Below are positions 56,525 to 64,000 of a stretch of 64,000 nucleotides of DNA, piece by piece (positions within the stretch are counted from its first letter, which is position 1; the number at the start of each line of letters is the position of its first letter). The notes beneath the pieces were generated by a model. It searched no databases. It was not told the DNA's origin and was given only the letters and a program-made list of their open reading frames with translations. The DNA is taken from positions 41,630 through 105,629 of the forward strand of contig CAYJVC010000001.1 of the NCBI GenBank assembly GCA_964373505.1, read 5' to 3'. A program made the position numbers and the translations under genes. This DNA is from an uncultured Planctomycetia bacterium (GTDB taxonomy: Bacteria > Omnitrophota > Gorgyraeia > 2-02-FULL-51-18).

Positions 56525-57391
56525 ATGACCCGTTCTATGAAAGCGAAACCCCAGGTTGTTCGCGCAGGGAATGTCACCCTCGGGCACGGACGGGGTCTTG
56601 CGCTGATCGCAGGTCCATGCGTGATCGAAAACACGGACTCGGCGCTCCGACACGCGCGCGCGATCCAAAAGATCACAAGGCGTCTGGGCATTCCTTTCAT
56701 CTATAAATCCAGCTACGACAAAGCGAATAGGAGTTCTTTAGGTTCATTCCGGGGCGAGGGTATCGACAAGGGGCTTTTGACATTGCAGAGGGTCAAGGAA
56801 GAAACGGGGTTGGCGGTCTTAACCGACGTGCATTCTCCGGAAGAGGCCGAAAAAGCCGCGAGCGTTGCGGACGTGCTGCAGATCCCCGCGTTCCTGTGCC
56901 GTCAGACGGACTTGCTCTTGGCGGCGGGAAAGACCGGGAAGGCTGTGAACGTGAAAAAGGGCCAGTTCATGGCGCCCTGGGAGATGGGCAATGTCATCGA
57001 AAAGATCTGTTCGACGGGGAACCGCCGGGTGCTGCTCACCGAACGCGGCACTTTTTTCGGTTACCATGCGCTCGTGAATGACTTTAGGTCTATTCCGATC
57101 ATGAAGTCCTTTGGTTTTCCGGTGATCTTCGACGCCACGCATTCGGTCCAGGCACCCGGCGCGCTCGGCAAAAGCTCCGGCGGAGATCGCCGGTTTGTTC
57201 CCGTGCTGGCTCAGGCGGGGGTTGCGGCCGGCGTAGATGGAGTTTTTATGGAGGTTCACGAGGCCCCGGACCGCGCGCCCAGCGACGGACCCAACATGGT
57301 TCCTTTGAAGGCGCTTGAGAGGCTTCTGGAGCGGCTTCTGAGACTAAGAAAGGCGATCAGTGGCGATCCAATCGGCAAGACGAGTTCTTAG
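56525..57391 (+). CDS. kdsA: 2-dehydro-3-deoxyphosphooctonate aldolase (Kdo8P synthase)
   Basis: TIM barrel. LIAGPCVIE, KSSYDKANRSS, FDATHSVQ motifs. Confidence 0.9.
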   Translation: MTRSMKAKPQVVRAGNVTLGHGRGLALIAGPCVIENTDSALRHARAIQKITRRLGIPFIYKSSYDKANRSSLGSFRGEGIDKGLLTLQRVKEETGLAVLTDVHSPEEAEKAASVADVLQIPAFLCRQTDLLLAAGKTGKAVNVKKGQFMAPWEMGNVIEKICSTGNRRVLLTERGTFFGYHALVNDFRSIPIMKSFGFPVIFDATHSVQAPGALGKSSGGDRRFVPVLAQAGVAAGVDGVFMEVHEAPDRAPSDGPNMVPLKALERLLERLLRLRKAISGDPIGKTSS

Positions 57392-58319
57392 GATCGAACG
57401 CGACGCGCTCACGCGGCTCCTCGGCCGCGTCGACGGCAATTTCAAGAAAGCCTGCCGGCTTATCATGAAGTCAAAAGGGCGTGTCGTAGTGACCGGGATG
57501 GGCAAACCCGGTTTTGTCGCGCAGAAAGTCTCTGCCACCTTGTCGTCCACAGGCACGCCGTCGCTCTTCATGCATCCGGCCGAGGCGCTTCATGGGGATT
57601 TGGGGCGCGTGATGAAAGAGGATGTGGTGATCGCATTTTCCAACAGCGGCCAAACGGAGGAGATCGTAAAGCTCCTGCCTCTCGTGAAAAAAATAGGCGC
57701 CAAGCTCATCGCGTTCACCGGCAATCCACGCTCCCTCTTGGCGCAGCACAGCGATGTGGTGCTCAACGTGGGGGTGCATAAAGAGGCCTGCCCGCTCAAT
57801 CTGACACCGACCGCTTCTACCACCGCAATGCTTGCCATGGGGGACGCGCTCGCAGTAGCTCTTTTGGAGATGAAAGGTTTTAAGTCGGAGGATTTTGCGT
57901 TTTACCACCCCGGCGGGAATATCGGCCGGAAGTTGCTTCTCAAGGTGGGGGATATCATGCGCACCGGCAAAGCCAATCCACTTGTTCCCGAGAGCCTCAA
58001 GGTGAAGGACGCGCTTTACCGCATTACGCAGTCCCGCGCGGGTTCCGCAACGGTTGTGGACAAAAAGGGGAGGCTCAGCGGGATCTTTACGGACGGAGAC
58101 CTGCGCCGGCACTTGAAGGAGGGCCGGAATATTCTGGAGGAAACAGTATCTGCCGTCATGACAAAAAAACCTGTTGTGATCGCGGCGGACCGCCTGGCCG
58201 CCGAGGCGCTTGAGATTTTAAGGCGCTTTCGGATCGACGAAATGCCTGTGGTGGACAAACAATCCCGCCCGATCGGGCTTTTGGATGTTCAGGACCTCCT
58301 AAAGGCGGGGATCGTATGA
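57360..58319 (+). CDS. kdsD: Arabinose-5-phosphate isomerase (SIS domain + tandem CBS)
   Basis: SIS GRVVVTGMGKPG, C-terminal CBS pair. Confidence 0.85.
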   Translation: MAIQSARRVLRIERDALTRLLGRVDGNFKKACRLIMKSKGRVVVTGMGKPGFVAQKVSATLSSTGTPSLFMHPAEALHGDLGRVMKEDVVIAFSNSGQTEEIVKLLPLVKKIGAKLIAFTGNPRSLLAQHSDVVLNVGVHKEACPLNLTPTASTTAMLAMGDALAVALLEMKGFKSEDFAFYHPGGNIGRKLLLKVGDIMRTGKANPLVPESLKVKDALYRITQSRAGSATVVDKKGRLSGIFTDGDLRRHLKEGRNILEETVSAVMTKKPVVIAADRLAAEALEILRRFRIDEMPVVDKQSRPIGLLDVQDLLKAGIV

Positions 58320-58849
58320 GTTACGAAGAGGACCTCCATGCGAGGCTCCGGAAACTAAAGCTTTTTATCGCGGACATCGACGGTGTGTTGACCGACGGAC
58401 GCATTATCTTCGGAAATTACGGCGATGAGCTCAAATTCTTTGACGTGCACGACGGTTTCGGCCTTGTCATGCTGCGCCGCGCGGGGTTCAAAACGATCAT
58501 CATCACCGCAAAAAAATCGCGCATCAACGCCAAACGCGCGAAAGAGGTCAACGCGGTCAAGCTCTACCAGAACGCGAAGGACAAACTGAAGGTTTTTGAA
58601 AAAGTTTTGAAACGCTTCCACGCGGAGCCTTCGGAGGTATGCTTCGTGGGCGACGACCTTATCGACGTGCCGGTGCTGAAGCGCGTGGGGTTGGCTGTGG
58701 TCGTCCAAAACGCGGTCCAGGAAGTGAAGGAGTTCGCACATTATGTGACCCAAAAAAATGGCGGCCGAGGCGCGGTGCGCGAAGTGGCGGATATGATCCT
58801 AAGAGCCCAGGGTAAATGGGTGGAAGCCACCGCGAACTATTTAAAGTGA
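58316..58849 (+). CDS. kdsC: Kdo8P phosphatase (HAD superfamily)
   Basis: HAD motif I IADIDGVLTDG, C-terminal GDD motif. Confidence 0.85.
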   Translation: MSYEEDLHARLRKLKLFIADIDGVLTDGRIIFGNYGDELKFFDVHDGFGLVMLRRAGFKTIIITAKKSRINAKRAKEVNAVKLYQNAKDKLKVFEKVLKRFHAEPSEVCFVGDDLIDVPVLKRVGLAVVVQNAVQEVKEFAHYVTQKNGGRGAVREVADMILRAQGKWVEATANYLK

Positions 58850-58852
58850 TCC

Positions 58853-59659
58853 GTGAAAAACATTTCAAATAAAAAATACTTCCCGCCGATCTTTTTGGTG
58901 CTGGCCGCCGGGCTCTTCGGGGCTTCGCTCTTTTTTTTCACTCACCACGCTGAGCCTAAAAGACCAAGCAGCCTCGCGTCGCTTTTGGACCCCTCGGCCA
59001 GTTCAGGGCCCAACCAGGAACTTCAGGAATTCAACCTGACCGGATTCGACAACGAGGGAAAAAAATTTTGGAACCTAAAGGGAGACACGGCCAAGATCGA
59101 GCCTGGCCAAACTGTTTATCTTGACCAAAATGTCACGCTGAGACTCCGCGATGATACCGTGGTCCGGACTGACCATGTGCAATGGTCGCAGGACGGCGGC
59201 ACTTTGACGACGGATTCGCCCGTGGTGGTTGACCACCAGAACGTGAAGATCAAAGGCATGGGCGCGCTCGGAAGACCCGGCGACAGCTTCATCCAGTTAA
59301 ACCGCGATATCCGTATGCTGATAAATCCGGCGACGACGCTTACCTGCAAGGGCCCGATGAAGATCTTTTACAAGGAAAACAAGATCGTGTTCTACCGGCA
59401 GGTGAAGGTGGCCGACGAAAAGGGCGTGTTGACCTCCAACCGCATGGAGGTTCTCTTTGATCCGAATGAGAAAAAGATCACTCAGATCATCGCGATGAGC
59501 AATGTCATCATCCAGCGCGGGACCGACACGACGCGCTCCGCGCGCGCGATTTATTCCGTCGAGACCGGCTCCGTTCGTTTAGAAGGGGATCCTGAGATCA
59601 CAATCCACCAGGAAGGCTCGAAGCTGCTCGATGGCGCTTTTAGAAACCCGCGCTCTTAA
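58853..59659 (+). CDS. lptC: LptC-like (possibly fused LptC/LptA, OstA-like) LPS export protein
   Basis: N-terminal TM anchor, OstA-like beta-jellyroll. At 268 aa it is longer than typical LptC. No separate lptA follows. Confidence 0.55.
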   Translation: MKNISNKKYFPPIFLVLAAGLFGASLFFFTHHAEPKRPSSLASLLDPSASSGPNQELQEFNLTGFDNEGKKFWNLKGDTAKIEPGQTVYLDQNVTLRLRDDTVVRTDHVQWSQDGGTLTTDSPVVVDHQNVKIKGMGALGRPGDSFIQLNRDIRMLINPATTLTCKGPMKIFYKENKIVFYRQVKVADEKGVLTSNRMEVLFDPNEKKITQIIAMSNVIIQRGTDTTRSARAIYSVETGSVRLEGDPEITIHQEGSKLLDGAFRNPRS

Positions 59660-60353
59660 AAAATCCTACGGCGGCCGCACGGTCGTGAACGGGGTCGAGC
59701 TTTCCATCAACCAGGGAGAGATCGTGGGGCTTCTGGGGCCGAACGGCGCCGGCAAGACCACGACCTTTTACATGGTCACCGGGGTGGTGAGACCCGACAG
59801 CGGCAGCATCCTCTTTGACCACCGGAACATCAGCCGGTACCCCATGCATAAACGAGCCCGGCTTGGGATCGGCTACCTTTCACAGGAGCCGTCGATCTTC
59901 AGGAAACTGAGCGTCGAAGAGAACATCCTGGCGATCCTGGAGACGCTGAACTTGCCGCGCGCCGAGAGGAAAAAGAGATTGGAAGAGCTTTTGAATGAGC
60001 TCGGGATCGCTCATTTAAGAAAGTCCCGCGCGCTGACCCTTTCCGGCGGAGAACGCCGCCGGCTTGAGATCACGCGCGCGCTCGTGACGCACCCGCTCTG
60101 TATCCTTCTGGACGAGCCTTTTTCAGGCATTGATCCGATCGCGGTTTCGGATTGTCAGCACCTGATCCAAGAGCTCAAGAACAAAGGACTTGCGATCCTT
60201 CTCACCGACCACAACGTGCGTGAAACGTTGGCCATCACGGACCGCGCTTACATCATGTACGAAGGCAAGATCCTGATATCAGGCACCAAGGAGGAGCTTT
60301 TGACGAGCCAGGAAGCCAGGAGAATATATCTCGGCGAGAAGTTTACGATGTGA
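59631..60353 (+). CDS. lptB: LPS export ABC transporter ATP-binding protein LptB
   Basis: Walker [10 protein letters not shown], signature [15 protein letters not shown], Walker [11 protein letters not shown]. Confidence 0.9.
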   Translation: MALLETRALKKSYGGRTVVNGVELSINQGEIVGLLGPNGAGKTTTFYMVTGVVRPDSGSILFDHRNISRYPMHKRARLGIGYLSQEPSIFRKLSVEENILAILETLNLPRAERKKRLEELLNELGIAHLRKSRALTLSGGERRRLEITRALVTHPLCILLDEPFSGIDPIAVSDCQHLIQELKNKGLAILLTDHNVRETLAITDRAYIMYEGKILISGTKEELLTSQEARRIYLGEKFTM

Positions 60354-60387
60354 TGGAAATATGATAACATAGGACGCTCCAAAGACC

Positions 60388-60430
60388 GGTCAAGGCTCCG
60401 CAGCATCCCGAGCCTTGACCTTTCGTTTGA
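60388..60430 (+). terminator. Rho-independent terminator after lptB: 11-bp perfect stem GGTCAAGGCTC/GAGCCTTGACC + TTTCGTTTG
   Basis: Stem 60388-60398 / 60410-60420, 11-nt loop, T-rich tail. Followed by SD aaaggaaa for hpf. Confidence 0.6.
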
Positions 60431-60443
60431 GAAAGGAAACCGT

Positions 60444-60761
60444 ATGGAGATCGATATCAGCGGCCGCCATTTTCACGTGACCGATGCGCTTAAAGACATG
60501 GCGACCGAAAAGATCAAAAAACTGGACAAGTACTCCTTAAAGATCGAGACCGTGCACGTGGTGTTGGAGGTCCAGAAGTTCCTGCACATAGCCGAAATCG
60601 TGCTCAGAGGGAAAAATCTGCACGTGACCGCCAAGGCCGAGAGCACCGACATGTATGCGGCATTCGACAAAAGTTTCGGAAATATCCAGCTTCAGATGAG
60701 CAAGCTCCACGAAAAACGAAAGGACCATAAGGCGAGGCGTTACGAGGCCGAAGAAGCGTGA
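60444..60761 (+). CDS. hpf: Ribosome hibernation promoting factor (short form)
   Basis: 105 aa. MEIDISGRHFHVTDALKD..., typical HPF/YfiA beta-alpha-beta fold sequence. Confidence 0.9.
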   Translation: MEIDISGRHFHVTDALKDMATEKIKKLDKYSLKIETVHVVLEVQKFLHIAEIVLRGKNLHVTAKAESTDMYAAFDKSFGNIQLQMSKLHEKRKDHKARRYEAEEA

Positions 60762-62023
60762 CTTTGAAATCGAACATCAAAAAACTCAAGGACTGCAAGA
60801 TACGCATGACCGTCGAGGTGGAAGCAAAACTCGTCGAGAACCGCTTTCTAGAGGTGCTTCGCGGCACTCAGCGCTCCGCCACACTTCCCGGTTTTCGCCA
60901 AGGCAAGGCGCCTTTGGAGCTGGTGGAAAAACAGTTCATGAACGAGGCCACGGAAGAAGTCCTGAAGTCGTTGGTGCCCGAGGCTTACCATCAGTCGGTC
61001 ATCTCCCAAAAGATTTTACCGGTGTCCTTGCCGTCCATTTCAGATATCAAGATGTCGCGCGGTTCTGCCTTAAGCTTCATCGCGGAGTTTGAAAATGCAC
61101 CCGCTTTCAGTCTTAAGAACTACAAAGGAATCAGGATCCGGAAAATACCCGCCGAGGTTTTGCCGGCGGATGTGGAAAAAAGCATCTCCTCGCTTCTCGA
61201 GGCCAGGGCGGAGCTTGTGCCGGTTTCAGAATCGCGCGGGGTCCGGGAAGGTGACATCGTGCTCACCGATGTTGGTCTGTGGAAAGACGGCCGGTACGTG
61301 GAAGGCCGCCGGGGTGTGGCACTTTCCGTTAAACCCAATCCGGGCGATGATTTTTTTGAAAAGACCGTGGGAGCCGAAGTGAACCAGACCCTCGAGGTTT
61401 CCGCGGAGCCCAGCGAGGAGGAAAAAAGTCAGGGAGTGGTCGGTCGCAAGCCCATCTACAAGATCACGATCCTCGGTATTCAAGAAAGACGGGTGCCTCT
61501 TTTAGACGATGCGTTGGCCAAGAGTTTCGGGAAAGAGACCGTCGAGGAATTGAAAGAGGCCGTGCGCAAGGATATGGCCGAGTATAAAAAAAATGAATCC
61601 TACGAAAATATGAAAGCGCAGCTTTCTGAAAAGCTCCTTGCGATCGCGCATTTCGAGCTTCCCTTAGGCCTGGTCGCAAAGCAAAAGGAGGCGCTGATCG
61701 CGCAGTCCCAGAGGGAGCTTGAGAGGTTTGGCGTTCCGCATGACCAAAGAGAAGCGTTGGAAAAGAAAGTGCGCGAAGAGGCGGAAACGAAGGCGGCGAG
61801 CCAGGTGAAGCTTTATTTTATTTTACAGAAAATCGCCGGTCTCGAAGAGATCGTAGCGGATGAAGCGGAGCTGGAACACCGCTTGAAAGCCTTGGCGGAA
61901 GAATCCGGCCGGCCGATCGATGAGACGCGCCGTGTCTTTGAGGAAGATATCCGGGAAAGTATGAGGGAAAGTAAAACGGTTGAATTTTTACTTGCGAACG
62001 CAAAACTGGAGGAGACCCAATGA
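60758..62023 (+). CDS. tig: Trigger factor
   Basis: N-terminal ribosome-binding signature [12 protein letters not shown]-like middle domain, C-terminal arms. 421 aa. Confidence 0.9.
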   Translation: MTLKSNIKKLKDCKIRMTVEVEAKLVENRFLEVLRGTQRSATLPGFRQGKAPLELVEKQFMNEATEEVLKSLVPEAYHQSVISQKILPVSLPSISDIKMSRGSALSFIAEFENAPAFSLKNYKGIRIRKIPAEVLPADVEKSISSLLEARAELVPVSESRGVREGDIVLTDVGLWKDGRYVEGRRGVALSVKPNPGDDFFEKTVGAEVNQTLEVSAEPSEEEKSQGVVGRKPIYKITILGIQERRVPLLDDALAKSFGKETVEELKEAVRKDMAEYKKNESYENMKAQLSEKLLAIAHFELPLGLVAKQKEALIAQSQRELERFGVPHDQREALEKKVREEAETKAASQVKLYFILQKIAGLEEIVADEAELEHRLKALAEESGRPIDETRRVFEEDIRESMRESKTVEFLLANAKLEETQ

Positions 62024-62619
62024 GCATCTTGATCCCCATGGTCATCGAGCAAACCGGCAGGACGGAAAGGGCCTACGATATTTATTCGCGTCTTTTGAAA
62101 GACAGGGTCCTTTTCATAGGCACGCCGATCGACGACAATGTCGCGAACCTTGTCGTTGCGCAGCTTCTATTTTTGCAGATGGAGGACTCGGAGAAGGAGA
62201 TACACCTCTATATCAATTCACCCGGCGGATCGATCACGTCGGGCCTTGCGATCTACGACACGATCCAGTTCTTAAAGTGCGACGTGTGCACTTATTGCAT
62301 CGGCCAGGCGGCCAGCATGGGCGCCGTGCTTTTGGCGGCGGGCACGAAAGGCAAGCGGTACGCGCTGCCGAATTCACGGGTGATGATCCATCAGCCTTGG
62401 GGAGGCGTGCAGGGCGTTGCGACCGACATCAATATTCAGGCCAAGGAAATACAGAACCTCAAGAACCGGTTGAACGAGATCCTCTCGAAGCATTCCGGCC
62501 AGCCGGTCCAGAAGATCGAAAAGGACACGGATCGTGATTACTTCATGTCTGCCGCCGAATCGAAAGAGTACGGTCTCGTGGACGAGGTGGTGACCAACAT
62601 CCGTGCGATCAAAAAATGA
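62020..62619 (+). CDS. clpP: ATP-dependent Clp protease proteolytic subunit
   Basis: Catalytic Ser (GQAASMG), His (MIHQP), Asp. 199 aa. tig-clpP synteny (clpX not adjacent). Confidence 0.95.
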   Translation: MSILIPMVIEQTGRTERAYDIYSRLLKDRVLFIGTPIDDNVANLVVAQLLFLQMEDSEKEIHLYINSPGGSITSGLAIYDTIQFLKCDVCTYCIGQAASMGAVLLAAGTKGKRYALPNSRVMIHQPWGGVQGVATDINIQAKEIQNLKNRLNEILSKHSGQPVQKIEKDTDRDYFMSAAESKEYGLVDEVVTNIRAIKK

Positions 62620-63707
62620 GTGATTTCCTGCTTTTAACGCCGGGGCCCACGGGTGTCCCCAAGAGGATCCTGGAGAAATTAAGCCTGCCTCTGATCCACC
62701 ATCGCACCAAAGAATACCAGGCGATCCTCGAGCGGGTGAATGCGAATCTCGGGAAGGTGTTCCTGACGAAGCACCCGGTCATGACCTTCGCGTCCTCCGG
62801 CACGGGTGCCATGGAAGGATCCATCACGAATTTGTTTTCGAAGGGGGACCTCGTGCTTTCCTTTTCGGCGGGAAAATGGGGTGAACGTTACCGCGATATT
62901 GCGCGCGCTTACGGCTTGGATGTGAAAAGTTATGAGAAAAAGTACGGCGAGGCTTTCGAGGCCGGCGAAGTCTCGGCCGCTCTTAAGGATCATCCGAGCG
63001 CCAAAGGCGTTTTGACGGCGCTTTGCGAGACCTCGACGGCCGTGGTTCATCCGCTCGAGGCGATTGCGAAGGTGGTGCGTTCCACGCAGGCGATCTTGCT
63101 GTTGGATGCGATCAGCGGCCTGGCCTGCGATCCTTTGAAAATGGATGAATGGGGTGTGGACGTCGTGGTGTGCGGGAGCCAGAAGGGCCTGATGTTGCCG
63201 CCGGGTTTGGGTTTCGTCGCCGTGAATGCGCGCGCGCAAGCATTTATTTCAAGATCCAGCCTGCCCAAATACTATTTCAATTTTTCGGAGACGCTCAAGG
63301 CGATGGCCAAGAATGATACGCCGTTCACTCCGGCGATCAGCCTCGTACGGGGCCTGGAAGAGGCGCTCGTGATGATCCTTGAAGAAGGAATTGAGAACGT
63401 GTGGATGCGGCATGCCACGATCGCGCGCACGGTGCGCTCAAAGGCGGCCGAAATGGGCCTCGGGATCTTCGCGAAGTCGCCTTCGAATGCCGTCACGGCC
63501 GTCCGGATGCCCGAGGCGGTCGCCTCAAAAGACGTGATCAAGGAAATGCGGGACACGCACCGCGTGGTGATGGCTGACGGGCAGGGAGAGCTTCAGGGAA
63601 AGATCGTACGTTTCGCGCACATGGGCTGCTGCACGATGCCAGATGCCGAGCGGGGCCTACACGCGTTTCAAGAGGCCATGGCAAAAGTGGGCAAGGTGAA
63701 AATATGA
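62616..63707 (+). CDS. Class V PLP aminotransferase (serine-glyoxylate/phosphoserine aminotransferase-like)
   Basis: [11 protein letters not shown]-term, PLP-Lys region [17 protein letters not shown]. Adjacent serA suggests SerC-like role. Confidence 0.7.
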   Translation: MSDFLLLTPGPTGVPKRILEKLSLPLIHHRTKEYQAILERVNANLGKVFLTKHPVMTFASSGTGAMEGSITNLFSKGDLVLSFSAGKWGERYRDIARAYGLDVKSYEKKYGEAFEAGEVSAALKDHPSAKGVLTALCETSTAVVHPLEAIAKVVRSTQAILLLDAISGLACDPLKMDEWGVDVVVCGSQKGLMLPPGLGFVAVNARAQAFISRSSLPKYYFNFSETLKAMAKNDTPFTPAISLVRGLEEALVMILEEGIENVWMRHATIARTVRSKAAEMGLGIFAKSPSNAVTAVRMPEAVASKDVIKEMRDTHRVVMADGQGELQGKIVRFAHMGCCTMPDAERGLHAFQEAMAKVGKVKI

Positions 63708-64000
63708 CGAAAGTGCTTGTGTGCGACGACCTGGCTGACGAGGGGTTAAACCTTTTTCGCGGTGAAAAAGGCTTGGAAGTGGTCGTCAAGACGAAGCTGT
63801 CGGCGGCGGAGCTGAAAAAAGAGATCGCAGACGTCGACGCGTGCGTGGTCCGCTCCGGGACCCAACTCACCGCGGAAATTATCGATGCCGCACACAAACT
63901 TAAGGTGATCGGCCGGGCCGGCGTGGGTCTTGACAATGTGGATGTGGAAACCGCCTCTAAAAAGGGAATTGTCGTTATCAACACGCCGGGAGGCAACACG
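63704..64000 (+). CDS. serA: D-3-phosphoglycerate dehydrogenase, N-terminal part (3' end cut by window edge)
   Basis: [18 protein letters not shown]...VIGRAGVGLDNVDVETASKKGIVVINTPGGN. Not in ORF table because there is no stop within the window. Confidence 0.8.
   Translation, partial: MTKVLVCDDLADEGLNLFRGEKGLEVVVKTKLSAAELKKEIADVDACVVRSGTQLTAEIIDAAHKLKVIGRAGVGLDNVDVETASKKGIVVINTPGGNT

Noticed and set aside
337-63999. All minus-strand ORFs in the table (e.g. 337..1140, 3782..4438, 9775..10461, 31987..32817, 38405..39439, 51898..52728, 63538..63999)
   Set aside because: Each lies antisense to a + strand gene with strong family-level sequence signatures. Long antisense ORFs are expected in a ~58% GC genome. 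None has a recognisable motif or room for its own promoter/RBS.

Overview
This 64-kb window is a GC-rich (~58%) bacterial chromosomal segment in which all ~60 genes lie on the + strand with almost no intergenic space. The gene content points to a diderm, LPS-producing bacterium (lnt, lolCDE, mlaEFD, waaA, lpxK, lpxL, heptosyltransferases, kdsABCD, lptCB). It also carries Firmicute-like synteny blocks (mcsA-mcsB-clpC; yacL-ispD-ispF-cysE-cysS; dprA-topA-xerC). Housekeeping genes present include secA (3' part), lysS, metG, cysS, tmk, holB, iscS, tatD, thiL, tsaEB, alr, ilvBNC-leuA, aroE/C/K, pyrG, hpf-tig-clpP and serC-like/serA. There are no rRNA, tRNA, CRISPR or obvious IS elements.

Three things stand out. 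(1) A family of at least five structured intergenic elements of 70-115 nt. They end in inverted repeats, left CCCCAYCCCC(T) and right (A)GGGGRTGGGGTGA, and sit exactly between same-strand genes. The left end abuts or overlaps the upstream stop (ATGA/GTGA/TAG). The right end supplies a Shine-Dalgarno-like purine run plus the GTG start of the downstream gene in four of five copies (lysS, mcsB, metG, a GT4-GT9 glycosyltransferase). The fifth copy acts as a terminator-like hairpin in front of the ilvB promoter. A second, sequence-unrelated but architecturally similar pair of nested palindromes lies between ilvC/leuA and xerC/waaA. (2) An intact ThiS (sulfur-carrier, ...IVHFVGGG) domain is fused in-frame, with no stop, to the N-terminus of DNA topoisomerase I, and is translationally coupled (ATGA) to dprA. 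(3) cysS and its promoter form an ~1.7-kb low-GC (~38-40%) island consistent with horizontal replacement.

Also notable are an AT-rich repeat-laden ilvB-ilvN spacer, three fused multi-domain LPS-core enzymes, and consensus sigma70-like promoters marking the few operon boundaries. Non-ORF coordinates were counted by hand and may be off by a base or two.
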